DNA from: Gammaproteobacteria bacterium
GTDB taxonomy: Bacteria > Pseudomonadota > Gammaproteobacteria > Eutrophobiales > Eutrophobiaceae
Length of the DNA: 64,000 nucleotides
Direction: 5' to 3'
Assembly (NCBI GenBank): GCA_965221695.1
Contig: OZ244905.1
Location: 2,720,001 to 2,784,000 of the forward strand
This document shows, one piece after another, positions 52,092 to 62,812 of this stretch. Every line of letters begins with the position of its first letter. The stretch's first letter is position 1. Below the pieces are notes generated by a model. That model was given only the letters and a program-made list of their open reading frames with translations. It was not told the DNA's origin and searched no databases. The translations under genes and the position numbers were made by a program.

Positions 52092-53887
52092 TGGTCCGAG
52101 TCTCTGAGACAGGCAGTTCGCTCAACATCCAATGCATGCGCGGTCGTTATCGCAACGCCGTATTGCTCCCGCGCTTCATTACGGGAAATATAACCATCCA
52201 GATAATCGTCCAGCACGCGTTTCGGGTCCCGTTCATAAGGATTGCCATAACCGCCGCCCGCGCCGCCTACGGCGATGAATCGATCCCCTGCCAGCGCCGG
52301 CCGGGTTTGTAGCATTGATGGCAGGTTTATCTCGTCCTTGTTTTTGCGTTTCAGGACCAATGCCGATGATACGCCATTGCTGCCGCCTTCAAACCCCCAG
52401 CCTTGATGGGAATGGCCGTCACCTTCCGCGCTGACCGAGCCGTCCGTCAGAAATTCCACTTCCTTGATCATGCCAAGCCCGCCGCGCCACTTGCCTGCGG
52501 GGCAGGCATTGTCCCGTAATTCATAGCGGTTGACCCGCAGCGGCACATGGGTTTCGATATCTTCGATGGGATTATTGCGGGTGTTGGCATAGAGGGTGTC
52601 CACAGTATCCATGCCGTCCTTGCCAAAGCGCCCGCCATAACTGCCCTCAAATATTTCAATATGTACCCAACGCTGTTCGCCGCGCAGGCCGGAAAAACCC
52701 AGAGCCTTGAGATTGGCGATGCCGGCGCTGACCTGTTCTGGCAGAACAGGCGCCAGCGCTCGCATCAGCGTGTCCGCGAGAACATTACCTGGAGAGACAC
52801 GCGCCATGGTCGGCACGGGAAAAATCGGGTTTGCCAGCGACCCTTCCGGGGCGGTGATATGGATCGGTCGATATAACCCGGCATTTTGCGGAATATCACC
52901 ATGCGCTTCCGTATCGAGCAGGATAGAGCGCAGGGTTAACCAGATGGACACATCAACCGTTCCTGTGAACGGCATATTTATCGCATGACCCTCGACCTGG
53001 TCGGCCGTACCGCTCAGGTCAACCGTCAACTCGGAGCCCGCAATGGTGGCAGTCACTTTTATCGGCAGTGATTTCAATTCGGGATCGGGATGATCCAGGT
53101 AACCATCGACCACACCTGTTGCGGTGTAGCTCCCGTCAGGAATTTTCTCTATTTGCGCGCGCATCAATCGCTCGGAATAATCGAACAGGTCTTCCACCGC
53201 ATCATTTAAGACCTCCAGCCCGAATCGATCAATAAGCGCGACAAACCGTTCGGCTCCGACACGGCAGGCAGCAATCTGGGCCTCCATGTCGCCCACAATC
53301 AAATCGGGGACACGGACGTTATCGCGTATCAGTTGCCATACGGCGCCATTGCTGACGCCCTCCTGTTCCACCTTGATGGCTTTGAACTGCAATCCTTCCG
53401 CGTAGGCGTCAGCGCAGTTGGAAACGCCAACGCTGCCCGGTTCGCATGAGCCGATGTCCAGGTGATGTGCCGTGGTCATCGCGAAGCCGATATGTTTCCC
53501 GGCATAGAACACGGGCACGCAAAAGCCGATATCCGGACTGTGTGAAGCCCCGTTATAGGCATCGTTGTGAATGATCACATCACCGGCGCGCAACGTCTCG
53601 CCGCGCGCATCCAATTGTTTCATTATTCCTTGGACATATCCCGGAATAGGACCGGACTGCAACGGCGTGCTCTTCTTGCACTCACAAAGTTGCCGGCCTT
53701 GCGCGTCACACAATGCGGCACCGAAGTCTTCGGATTCACGGATGATGCTGGAATACGACATGCGCATAAGCTTGTATCCCATTTCAATTGCGATATTTTC
53801 CAGCGCGCCGTAGATAATACTGGCGGTTACCGGGTCTACCCGTGTGGCGCTTGGTTCCGGTCTGTTTTGCGGGTCGGCCATGTTCAT
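52088..53887 (-). CDS. Hydantoinase B / oxoprolinase beta-type subunit
   Basis: YSSIIRESEDF, HNDAYNGASHSPD, HHLDIG, GAGGGYGNP.ER. Confidence 0.9.
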   Translation of the reverse strand: MNMADPQNRPEPSATRVDPVTASIIYGALENIAIEMGYKLMRMSYSSIIRESEDFGAALCDAQGRQLCECKKSTPLQSGPIPGYVQGIMKQLDARGETLRAGDVIIHNDAYNGASHSPDIGFCVPVFYAGKHIGFAMTTAHHLDIGSCEPGSVGVSNCADAYAEGLQFKAIKVEQEGVSNGAVWQLIRDNVRVPDLIVGDMEAQIAACRVGAERFVALIDRFGLEVLNDAVEDLFDYSERLMRAQIEKIPDGSYTATGVVDGYLDHPDPELKSLPIKVTATIAGSELTVDLSGTADQVEGHAINMPFTGTVDVSIWLTLRSILLDTEAHGDIPQNAGLYRPIHITAPEGSLANPIFPVPTMARVSPGNVLADTLMRALAPVLPEQVSAGIANLKALGFSGLRGEQRWVHIEIFEGSYGGRFGKDGMDTVDTLYANTRNNPIEDIETHVPLRVNRYELRDNACPAGKWRGGLGMIKEVEFLTDGSVSAEGDGHSHQGWGFEGGSNGVSSALVLKRKNKDEINLPSMLQTRPALAGDRFIAVGGAGGGYGNPYERDPKRVLDDYLDGYISRNEAREQYGVAITTAHALDVERTACLRDSDQ

Positions 53888-53986
53888 TTTGTAATTCCGA
53901 CGGTGTGGGTGACCTGTTTTTCAGGTTGGGGATATCGTAGCGTATTCAGGGCACAAGTTGAAGTTGAATCCGCCTTGTCGGATTAA

Positions 53987-54013
53987 GGAAACTCTGATTA
54001 AGTCAGAGCTTCT
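53987..54013. repeat. Mini-MITE with TTAA duplication in the divergent hydantoinase promoter region
   Basis: ttaa-GGAAACTCTGATTAAGTCAGAGCTTCT-ttaa. Confidence 0.72.
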
Positions 54014-54119
54014 TTAAATTACTACTGGGATGACCTGATATAATACTTTAAAGACAAAATGATTGACTAACCCTCACGCTGTTTATCATGACACATTTTT
54101 ATCGGGACAACATGCAGGC

Positions 54120-56204
54120 ATGAAAGTCATTGGCGTGGATGTCGGCGGCACATTTACCGATATTGTTCTGACCGACTCGACCACTTCTGACATGGCAATC
54201 CACAAGATTGCCAGTTCCCCGGATGACCCGTCGATAGCCGTGATCCGGGGCATTGCTGAAATATGCGAACATAACAGCGTCGCCCACGCAGATATCGCGC
54301 ATGTGTTCCACGGCACAACTGTGGCTACCAATGCGGTATTGCAGTATCAGGGCGCGCCGGCCGGTATGATAACAACAGCCGGTTTCCGGGATATTATTCA
54401 TATCGGCCGTCACCAGCGACCACAGCATTATTCAATCATGCAGGACATCCCCTGGCAGGTAAGACCGTTAATCAGGCGGCGGTTTCGCAAAACTGTCAGC
54501 GAACGACTGGCGCCACCCAATGGCGAGACGCTCGTGCCGTTGAATGAAGACGAGGTGAGGCAGGCCGCGCGGGAATTAAAACAGGCGGGTATCAGCTCAG
54601 TCGCAATTTGTTTTCTGTTCTCCTATCTCAACCCAGCGCATGAACAGCGCGCCAAATCCATTGTAAAAGAACTGTGTCCGGACGCATTTGTTACCACTTC
54701 CAGCGAGGTTTCGCCCCAGTTTCGGGAATTCGAGCGTTTTACAACGGCTGCCATGAATGCCTTTATCGGGCCGTTGGTGCGCGAGTATGTAGACAACCTT
54801 GAACAGGCATTGCGAGCGCATAATATCGGGGCAGAGTTGCACATCATGTGCTCCAATGGGGGCGTAGCAACTGCGCAAACGATCGCGCGCTTGCCCGTCA
54901 ATACCATGATGTCCGGGCTCGCCGCAGGCGTTCTGGGTGGAGCCTGGGTGGGCGAGTTGGCTAAGCAGCAAAATGTTATTACGTTTGATATTGGCGGCAC
55001 CAGCGCAGATATCGGGGTTGTCACGAATGGCGCATTTACCGAGGCTTCTGCGCGCGACACATTCATTGGAGGCTATCCGATCATGGTTCCCATGGTTGAT
55101 GTCCACACCATAGGCGCGGGCGGCGGCTCTATTGCTCACCTTGATGACGGTGGCGGTTTTAAGGTTGGCCCGCAAAGCGCCGGTGCAATACCTGGCCCTG
55201 CCGCTTACGGCAAAGGGGGAATCGAGGCGACTGTCACTGACGCAAACCTGGTATTGGGCAGGCTGGATAAAGACAATTTTCTGGGCGGAGCGATGGAGTT
55301 GGATGCCGGGGCGGCCCGGAAAGTCGTGCAGCGTCTCGCGGATCGCTTGGGGATACCGCTATTGGATGCTGCGGAAGGAATCATTGCCCTGCTTAATGCC
55401 AATATGGCAAATGCGATTCGCGCTCGCACCGTACAAAAAGGCATTGATCCGCGTGATTATGCGCTGGTAGCCTCCGGTGGGGCCGGTCCCTTGCACGGCG
55501 CAGAGGTTGCCCGCATTCTGGAAATTCCGGAAGTCATCGTTCCGCCCTGTCCGGGGATAAACTCAGCCATGGGTTTGTTAACCACGGACTTGAAATATGA
55601 CCTCATTCAAACAGCATTTCTGCTGTCCACAGCCATTGATTTTCAGCGTCTGAACAATGGTTTTTCAGACATGGAGGCGCAACTTCGCAAGCAGTTTGAA
55701 GCCGATGACATTGACCCGAGTGAAACACGTTTCCTGCGTTATACCGATATGCATTATGTCGGTCAGGGATACGAGTTACGTGTGCCTGTGCCCGGCGGCG
55801 AGGTCAATGAGGATACTATCCAGGAAACACTGGCGGCATTTCATGCTTTGCACCGGAGTGAGTACGGCCACAGCTTTCCGGATAGCCCGGTAGAGTTCGT
55901 CAATATAAGATTGACAGGGATCGGTCCCATGCCGAAGATTGGAACGCCAACGGTGGCTGCCGGTGGGTCGCTGGATAAAGCCGTGGTCAAGCGTGACCTG
56001 ACTGTGTTTCGGCGCGCAGAACAACTGGACGAGTATGAAACCGTTTTCTACCGGCGCGGGAGGCTGCCGTTAAATACCAGGATTCCAGGTCCCGCGGTTA
56101 TTCTGCAAACCGATTCAACTACGGTTGTGCCGCCGGATAGTTCCGTAACAGCAATCGCTTCTGGAGTCCTGACAATACATATCGGGGAAAATCAACAGCG
56201 TTGA
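54120..56204 (+). CDS. Hydantoinase A / oxoprolinase ATP-binding subunit
   Basis: GVDVGGTFTD, HGTTVATNA, DIGGTSAD, IGAGGGS, GPQSAGA.PGP, GGAGPLH. Confidence 0.92.
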   Translation: MKVIGVDVGGTFTDIVLTDSTTSDMAIHKIASSPDDPSIAVIRGIAEICEHNSVAHADIAHVFHGTTVATNAVLQYQGAPAGMITTAGFRDIIHIGRHQRPQHYSIMQDIPWQVRPLIRRRFRKTVSERLAPPNGETLVPLNEDEVRQAARELKQAGISSVAICFLFSYLNPAHEQRAKSIVKELCPDAFVTTSSEVSPQFREFERFTTAAMNAFIGPLVREYVDNLEQALRAHNIGAELHIMCSNGGVATAQTIARLPVNTMMSGLAAGVLGGAWVGELAKQQNVITFDIGGTSADIGVVTNGAFTEASARDTFIGGYPIMVPMVDVHTIGAGGGSIAHLDDGGGFKVGPQSAGAIPGPAAYGKGGIEATVTDANLVLGRLDKDNFLGGAMELDAGAARKVVQRLADRLGIPLLDAAEGIIALLNANMANAIRARTVQKGIDPRDYALVASGGAGPLHGAEVARILEIPEVIVPPCPGINSAMGLLTTDLKYDLIQTAFLLSTAIDFQRLNNGFSDMEAQLRKQFEADDIDPSETRFLRYTDMHYVGQGYELRVPVPGGEVNEDTIQETLAAFHALHRSEYGHSFPDSPVEFVNIRLTGIGPMPKIGTPTVAAGGSLDKAVVKRDLTVFRRAEQLDEYETVFYRRGRLPLNTRIPGPAVILQTDSTTVVPPDSSVTAIASGVLTIHIGENQQR

Positions 56205-56315
56205 CCACTACTGCCGCATGCATGTTCGCTTGGCATAGCAGGCATGTGGACCGGATGAGATCCCACTGACGCAAACTTCTGCGCGGTCATCGCGCCATTC
56301 TGTGAAATAGCCGGG

Positions 56316-57752
56316 TTAAGCAATTCTGACGTACTCAAAGTCGCCGGGTTTACCGTTGATGCCGGCCCGCGGCGGCGCAATCCAGTGAGCATATCCGCCT
56401 GGTTCGGTAACCTGCTGCATGAGTGAGAGCAGGAAGGCGAGGTCGTCCTCGTTCGGCAGCCATTGCTCCTGGCATTGTTCCCATTGCGTCTGGCTGATCA
56501 CTTCGCCGCCAGGCGTTGTGTAAATATCGCTGAACTCGCCCACCACGCGATGGAAGGCCCGGCTGGGCAGGCTCAAGCGGTAGTCATAGCCGTGCCTGGC
56601 AATGGCCTTGTTCCAGGTAGCCAGGACCTGTTCACAATCGGCGATGAAATCATCGCACAAGCGGGCATTTACCGCGTTGATAGCCGGCTCGTCTACGCGG
56701 ACCAGCCGCCCGTTCACATGCTTCAGAGTCGGATACACGCTGTGATGGAGCAGATGGTCATCATCAATGGTGGTTTCCCTGAAACGCCCTTTCAGACTGG
56801 CGTTGAACGCATTGGATGCGTTGGTGGAAATCTCCGCGCCGAACAGGTCCAGGGTGACGGAGTAGTGAAAATTGATTTTCTTCTGTATTGTCGGCAGATC
56901 GATAACGCCCAGGTTTCTGACCATTGCCATATCGGTTGGGTCGTCGATATGATGTTTGCGCATGATCTCACAAGTGCGTCTTAGCGCGCGTTCCACACCG
57001 GTCCGACCCACGAACATATGATGGCCTTCTTCGGTCAGCATGAAGCGGGTGGTGCGGGCCAGGGGGTCGAAGCCGGAATGGGCCAGCGCTTCCAGTTGCA
57101 TCTTGCCGTCGCGATCGGTAAAGGTGGTAAACATGAAAAAGGACAGCCAGTCCGGTGTTGCTTCGTTGAATGCCCCCAGGATACGGGGCTTGTCCTGGTT
57201 GCCGGAACGGCGCATCAGCAACTCATGCGCCTCCTCGCGACCATCGCGACCGAAATATTTATGCAGCAGGTACACCATCGCCCAGAGGTGCCTTCCTTCC
57301 TCAACATTGACCTGAAATACATTGCGCATGTCATAGAGGGACGGCGCGGTATGCCCCAGGTAGCGCTGCTGTTCCACCGAAGCCGGCTCCGTATCGCCTT
57401 GGATAACCACCAGGCGCCGCAACATTGCGCGATATTCTCCTGGGACTTCCTGCCATGCCGGCTCACCCTTGTGTTGGCCAAAGGCAATGCTGCGATTTTC
57501 TTCTTGCGGCGCCAGCAATATGCCCCAGCGGTATTCCGGCATTTTTACGTAACCAAACCGGGCCCAGCCCTCAGGCTCCACACCAACTGCGGTGCGCAGG
57601 TAGACTTCCAGATCCTGGAAACCATCCGGCCCCATGGTCTTCCACCAGTCGATAAAACCCGGATGCCACTTCTCCAAGGCCCGTTGCAGGCGCCGGTCAG
57701 TGGCGAGGCCCACATTGTTGGGTATCAGGTTGTCGTAATCTACAGTATTCAT
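56316..57752 (-). CDS. boxB: Benzoyl-CoA 2,3-epoxidase subunit B (di-iron)
   Basis: IPNNV, VYLRTA, QGDTEPASVEQQ, VNVEEGRHLWAM, DRDG, TEEGHH, WIAPP..GING. Confidence 0.95.
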   Translation of the reverse strand: MNTVDYDNLIPNNVGLATDRRLQRALEKWHPGFIDWWKTMGPDGFQDLEVYLRTAVGVEPEGWARFGYVKMPEYRWGILLAPQEENRSIAFGQHKGEPAWQEVPGEYRAMLRRLVVIQGDTEPASVEQQRYLGHTAPSLYDMRNVFQVNVEEGRHLWAMVYLLHKYFGRDGREEAHELLMRRSGNQDKPRILGAFNEATPDWLSFFMFTTFTDRDGKMQLEALAHSGFDPLARTTRFMLTEEGHHMFVGRTGVERALRRTCEIMRKHHIDDPTDMAMVRNLGVIDLPTIQKKINFHYSVTLDLFGAEISTNASNAFNASLKGRFRETTIDDDHLLHHSVYPTLKHVNGRLVRVDEPAINAVNARLCDDFIADCEQVLATWNKAIARHGYDYRLSLPSRAFHRVVGEFSDIYTTPGGEVISQTQWEQCQEQWLPNEDDLAFLLSLMQQVTEPGGYAHWIAPPRAGINGKPGDFEYVRIA

Positions 57753-57767
57753 GGCGCTAACCCGTGG

Positions 57768-59474
57768 TCAGGCGCGCCGGTTATCGTACTCGGGACGCGC
57801 GCCCGTGCCATAACGTCGAAGCGCCCCTGTGTCACCCGCCGCGTTCGGACGTTGGAAAATCCAGTTTTGCCAGGCGCTGAGGCGACCGAATATCTTGGTC
57901 TCCATGGTTTCCGGTCCGGCAAAGCGTAGGTTGGCTTCCATCCCGCTCAGGGCATCGGGAGAGAAACTGGCCCGTTCTTCCAACAGCAATCTGATCTCGT
58001 CCTCCCAATCCAGGTCATCGGGAGTAAACGTAACCAGTCCCAGACGCGCCGCCTCGGCAGCTTCAAGGTCTGTGCCAGCGTGGTCATTGGCGTCGGCGAC
58101 CCGTTCCGGCTCGCCCAGGAAACGGGTTTCGAGACGCGTCAATCCATTAGCCATCGGCAGCAACCCGAAGTTGCTTTCTGTCAACATGATAGTGGCTGCC
58201 GGTGTGTCGTGATTATCAAACTGCCCGTCCAGCATGTAGCTGCGGTCCGCCGCAAACAGGACTTCCGCCAGGATACCGTGGAAGCAGCTTCCAGGCTCAA
58301 CCAGCACAAAAATGCTACGTGATGTAACCTCAAGCCGTTTCAGCGTGCGTTTCCAGTACAGGATTATCTCTCGTGCCAGCCAGTTGTCCCGGCCCCGCCG
58401 CAGGAATTCGTCATGGCTCGTTACGAGGGCGCCGCAACCGCTACTCTTGATAATGATCGCGCCGATATCCGGCTCGTTGAAGCGCAGGTGCAACAAAGCG
58501 TCATCCAGATCACGGGCCAGGGCCAGGGGCCAGAATTGCGCGCCCAGGTCAAGCGCCTCCGCCATGGTATCCGGGGCTGCGGCGTCGGGGCCTTTGATGG
58601 CAAGCGTAACGTTGCGGTTTTTCCGGTCGAATTGAAGCTCAAGCCAGTCATATTCGATACTGTGCGCGCCCGTCTTACGGGTCAGCGGAGTCAGTCGCAC
58701 TCCTCTTGCCTTGTCGGGGCGGTCGGACAGTTTGCACATTTCCCGTGCCCGTTCGTCTACCCGCTGCGCAAACCGGGAAGCGGATACGGTTTCATCCACC
58801 AGTCGCCAGTCCACTGCGCGCTGCCCCCTCACGCCTTCTTCTACGGTGCAAAATACGTCCGCCAGGTCGCGGCGGACTTTTCTCTTGTCGACGACCCGGG
58901 TCAGCCCGCCGGTGCCCGGCAGCACGGCCAATAGCGGCGTTTCCGGCAGCGACACCGCGGCATTGCCGTCATCGATCAGGATCAGGTAGTCCATGGCCAG
59001 CGCCAACTCATAGCCACCGCCGGCCGCGCTGCCGTTCAGCGCGCACAGGTAACGCTGGCCGGAGAATTCCCCGGCTTCCTCGATGGCGTTTCGGGTCTCG
59101 TTGGTGAACTTGCAGAAATTCACCTTATGGCCATGGGAAGCCCGCGCCAGCATACGGATATTAGCGCCGGCGCAGAACATGCCGGGTTTGCCGGAGCTGA
59201 CCACTACGGTCTTTATTTCCGGGCGCTCAAAACGCAGTCGCTGTACGGCATCGTACAGTTCCATATCAACGCCGATATCGTAGGAATTCAGTTTGAGTTC
59301 ATAGCCGGAGAACTTGGCGCCGCTTTCATCCACATCCATCTCCAACCTGGCAATCGGCCCGGAAGTTGCCAGCTTCCAATGACGATAGCGCGCCGGCTCA
59401 GTCCGGAAATCCAACGGCGCGCTGCCGGAAGATACTCCAGGTGTTCCAATATCGGTCTGCTCGGTATCGGTCAT
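57768..59474 (-). CDS. boxC: 2,3-epoxybenzoyl-CoA dihydrolase
   Basis: YELKLNSYDIGVD.EL.DAVQRLRF, FCAGANI, KVNFCKFTNETR, ETMETKIFGRLSAWQNWIFQRPNA. Confidence 0.95.
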   Translation of the reverse strand: MTDTEQTDIGTPGVSSGSAPLDFRTEPARYRHWKLATSGPIARLEMDVDESGAKFSGYELKLNSYDIGVDMELYDAVQRLRFERPEIKTVVVSSGKPGMFCAGANIRMLARASHGHKVNFCKFTNETRNAIEEAGEFSGQRYLCALNGSAAGGGYELALAMDYLILIDDGNAAVSLPETPLLAVLPGTGGLTRVVDKRKVRRDLADVFCTVEEGVRGQRAVDWRLVDETVSASRFAQRVDERAREMCKLSDRPDKARGVRLTPLTRKTGAHSIEYDWLELQFDRKNRNVTLAIKGPDAAAPDTMAEALDLGAQFWPLALARDLDDALLHLRFNEPDIGAIIIKSSGCGALVTSHDEFLRRGRDNWLAREIILYWKRTLKRLEVTSRSIFVLVEPGSCFHGILAEVLFAADRSYMLDGQFDNHDTPAATIMLTESNFGLLPMANGLTRLETRFLGEPERVADANDHAGTDLEAAEAARLGLVTFTPDDLDWEDEIRLLLEERASFSPDALSGMEANLRFAGPETMETKIFGRLSAWQNWIFQRPNAAGDTGALRRYGTGARPEYDNRRA

Positions 59475-59724
59475 GGTTACCGCCGCAGGCAGCCGGCAGC
59501 AAACCTTATGGCGATGGCATTCATTACGGTTCACGCCCTCCGCTATTGAAGTTGATATACAGGTTATGTTCAGTATAACTGATATGCAAGCAGGCTTTTG
59601 CAAACATTATATGATTGACAAATCATCGTATTAATATTGAAAACTAAAATTCTGAATTTCAATTTTCAACGATAATACGATCGTATTTCCAGGTTGACAT
59701 CATCTGGAGTAAAATGGCGCAGAA

Positions 59725-60531
59725 ATGCAAGTCCAAGATAAAATGTTGCTGAAAGATAAGGTTGTATTTATTACCGGCGGCGCAAGAGGTATCGGTTACG
59801 GCATTGCTCATGCTGCCCTGGAAGCGGGGGCGCAGGTGGTTATCGGTGACCTGCATGAACATGCGGTGTTTGCCGCGCGGGAATCCCTGCTCGCGGAATT
59901 GCCCATCTCCGATAACGCGGCGCTGGCAACGACGCTTGACGTCGCGAATGAACTTTCAGTTCAAGAGGCCCTGGCCGCGGCTTGTTCGCATTTTGGCTAT
60001 TTGAACGGACTCGTCAACAATGCCGGAACCATTCGTCTTGGAGCGGATCTCGAAGCCAGTGTGGACGACTGGCAGGCCCAACTGGCGGTTAACGTCATTG
60101 GCACACACCTGTGCAGCCAAACGTTCACAAAATTACTCATCGGCAGGAAACAGCCAGGGGCTATCGTCAATATCGCCTCCAACTGCGGAAAAGTGGGTTA
60201 CCCGAACATGGCAGGGTACAACGCCAGCAAGGCCGCGGTAATCAATCTTACCCGTTCGCTGTCAAACGAGCTCAGCGCTCATAATATTAATGTCAATGCG
60301 ATCTGCCCCGGCGGAGTCTACACACCCATGCTGATGGAAGTCGCTGAAGTGGTCGGCCAGCGTATTGGCGAGAACCCGGCAGAACTGATAAAAACCATGG
60401 CGCCGGCGCAGTTGGGACGCCATATTGAACCCCTGGAAATCGGACGCGTTGCCGCATTCCTGTTATCCGACCACGCCAACATCATCCGCGGGCAGGCTAT
60501 CAATACCGATGGCGGGGAGACGCCGTATTAG
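59725..60531 (+). CDS. Short-chain dehydrogenase/reductase (SDR)
   Basis: TGGARGIG, NNAG, YNASK, NAICPG. Confidence 0.92.
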   Translation: MQVQDKMLLKDKVVFITGGARGIGYGIAHAALEAGAQVVIGDLHEHAVFAARESLLAELPISDNAALATTLDVANELSVQEALAAACSHFGYLNGLVNNAGTIRLGADLEASVDDWQAQLAVNVIGTHLCSQTFTKLLIGRKQPGAIVNIASNCGKVGYPNMAGYNASKAAVINLTRSLSNELSAHNINVNAICPGGVYTPMLMEVAEVVGQRIGENPAELIKTMAPAQLGRHIEPLEIGRVAAFLLSDHANIIRGQAINTDGGETPY

Positions 60532-60682
60532 GGAAACTCTGAACAAGTCCATCCTGGACTTGTCAGAGCACGGAAAACAAAAATGCGATTTTAGTTTTCC
60601 TCACAATATCAATGCCTTATAGTCATTGATTTTGACGATACATCCTTGTATCGTAGCAACCTCTGACTAAATCAGAGGTTCC
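60532..60682. mobile_element. 151-bp five-hairpin MITE, copy 3
   Basis: Flanked by TTAG and CTAG; the left TAG is the SDR stop codon. Confidence 0.87.
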
Positions 60683-60690
60683 CTAGCACC

Positions 60691-62214
60691 ATGCGGATAC
60701 ACCGTATCCAGGCCAGATTTTTTCCAATCATTATTTCCGTCCTCCTTCTGATAGTGGTTAACTGCACGGATTCACCGTATGGGGAACCGGCAAATAATGA
60801 AGAATCCTCAAGACCGAATTTCATCGTGGTGTTGACCGACGACCAGGGTTATAACGATATCGGTGTCTATGGCTCGAAGGACATCAGGACCCCGGTCCTG
60901 GATCGGATGGCGCAGGAAGGCATCAGGTTCACCAGCTTTTACGCCCAGCCGGTCTGCGGACCGTCCCGGGCGGCGTTGCTCACCGGCGCTTATCCGGTGA
61001 GGGTGGCTGAGCCTGAGAACAGGAAAAACCCGAATACTATCCTGCACTCGCGCGAAGTAACCATTGCCGAAACTCTGAAGGCTGCCGGCTACGCGACCGC
61101 GATTATCGGCAAGTGGCACATGGCCGGAGATGGTGACGAACCCTGGGATTTTGCTCCGCCACCACAACCGCCGGGACGGGTGGGCGGCAAGGGACCGTTC
61201 AAGGCTGAATTGATGCCGAATGCCCAGGGCTTCGATTACTTCTACGGCACGCCCATGTACCACGGTTACACCCGTGATGTTGACCTGGCGCGCTTTATCC
61301 CCGAGATGATGCGTAACGGAGAGGTCATCGAAAGTCCTGCGGATGTGGACCTGCTGACCAGGAAATATACGGAAGAAACGATTGAATATATCCGGGATAA
61401 CCGTGACAAACCGTTTTTTATCTATCTTGCTCATCACATGCCCCATTTGCCCATGGGCGCATCGGCCGGGTTCAAGGGCAGGTCCGTACGCGGGCCCTAC
61501 GGGGACGCCGTGGAGGAACTGGACTGGAGCATGGGTGAAATTTTCAGAGAACTGGACCGATTGCAACTGGATGACAGGACACTGGTGATTTATCTCTCTG
61601 ACAACGGCCCGGAGGTCGGCCATAGCGAACAATACACCGGCAGCGCTGCGCCTCTCAGAGGCAAAAAATACTCTAACTGGGAGGGCGGCGTACGGGTGCC
61701 CGCCATCATGCGCTGGCCCGGGAAGATCCCGGAAGCGGCCGTCAGTAACGAATTGGTGACGATAATGGACATATACCCGACCCTGGCGGAGCTGGCCGGA
61801 ACCCGACTGCCGGCGGGTATCGAATTCGACGGCGCCGACATCAGTCCGATACTGTTCGATCATCCAAGAGCGAAAAGTCCGCACACGAGTTACTTCTATT
61901 ATTCCCTTACACAGTTACAGGCAGTACGCACCGGCCGCTGGAAACTCGTCCTGCCCCGGCAGGCAAACACACGATACATCTCCTGGCTCGGCCGTTATAC
62001 GGATACGGTTGAAGAGCCGCTGTTATTCGACCTGCAGGAAGACATAGCAGAGCAGGTTGACTTGTCCGAACAACATCCGCATATCGTCAGGAAGCTGCTG
62101 CAAGAAGCGCACAGGGCCAGGCTGGAGTTGGGCGATTACAACAGCATTGGTACGGGCGCGCGGTTTTTTGACGAAGGTGAAAGAAGACCGGCTACATTTT
62201 TCCCGGCGGAGTAA
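60691..62214 (+). CDS. Sulfatase (Cys-type, arylsulfatase A-like), probably exported
   Basis: [21 protein letters not shown] (CxPxR), [19 protein letters not shown]. Confidence 0.93.
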   Translation: MRIHRIQARFFPIIISVLLLIVVNCTDSPYGEPANNEESSRPNFIVVLTDDQGYNDIGVYGSKDIRTPVLDRMAQEGIRFTSFYAQPVCGPSRAALLTGAYPVRVAEPENRKNPNTILHSREVTIAETLKAAGYATAIIGKWHMAGDGDEPWDFAPPPQPPGRVGGKGPFKAELMPNAQGFDYFYGTPMYHGYTRDVDLARFIPEMMRNGEVIESPADVDLLTRKYTEETIEYIRDNRDKPFFIYLAHHMPHLPMGASAGFKGRSVRGPYGDAVEELDWSMGEIFRELDRLQLDDRTLVIYLSDNGPEVGHSEQYTGSAAPLRGKKYSNWEGGVRVPAIMRWPGKIPEAAVSNELVTIMDIYPTLAELAGTRLPAGIEFDGADISPILFDHPRAKSPHTSYFYYSLTQLQAVRTGRWKLVLPRQANTRYISWLGRYTDTVEEPLLFDLQEDIAEQVDLSEQHPHIVRKLLQEAHRARLELGDYNSIGTGARFFDEGERRPATFFPAE

Positions 62215-62523
62215 TCGGTTAAAGTTCACCAAGCCGCTTCACCAGCAAGTCGACGGCGTAGCCGGAGGACCAGGCGTCGCAGGGTCCGGTGTCTGGCAGA
62301 TATCTACCTGTAGCGCAAAAGTTTCAATTGCATCCGCTGCCCCGACTGCTGTAGACGAATTTTTCGGTAAGTCGCCGGCAAGCAGCGTGCCGGTCAGGCA
62401 GACCAGGATAATCAAGATTGTTGTCAGATGATTATTCAAGATGATCAGAGTATAGCAATGCTCGGCTCTACAGTTAAGTCTACGGTGAGAGACATAATAT
62501 GTTTTGCTGTCTGAACTCTGTTG

Positions 62524-62543
62524 GTATATACTTCCGTATATAC
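62524..62543. promoter_or_regulatory. Probable VapBC autorepression operator (two GTATATAC palindromes)
   Basis: GTATATAC-TTCC-GTATATAC about 25 bp upstream of vapB. Confidence 0.65.
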
Positions 62544-62567
62544 TTTTAGTATTCGGCTAGAGGTTTG

Positions 62568-62810
62568 ATGCAACAACAGACAACAAAAGTATTCAAAAGC
62601 GGCAATAGCCAGGCGGTGAGGTTACCGCGTGATTTTCGGGTAGATTGCGAAGAGGTGCTGATTAGAAAACAAGGTAGAAACATCATTATTTCGCCACTGC
62701 CGATATCATGGGAAGGTTTTATGGAAGATATTCCACCGTTATCGAGTGACTTTTCCGTTGAGGGCGCTGAGTTGCCGAATGATTTGCCTCGCGCGGCGTT
62801 AAAGGACTGA
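62568..62810 (+). CDS. vapB: VapB antitoxin (AbrB/MazE fold)
   Basis: TKVFKSGNSQAVRLPRDFR. Confidence 0.92.
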   Translation: MQQQTTKVFKSGNSQAVRLPRDFRVDCEEVLIRKQGRNIIISPLPISWEGFMEDIPPLSSDFSVEGAELPNDLPRAALKD

Positions 62811-62812
62811 AG

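Noticed and set aside
59560-59700. BoxR/BzdR-type TGCA operator upstream of boxC
   Set aside because: A TGCA pair exists, but the spacing does not fit the pattern I recall and no regulator is adjacent; too weak to call.
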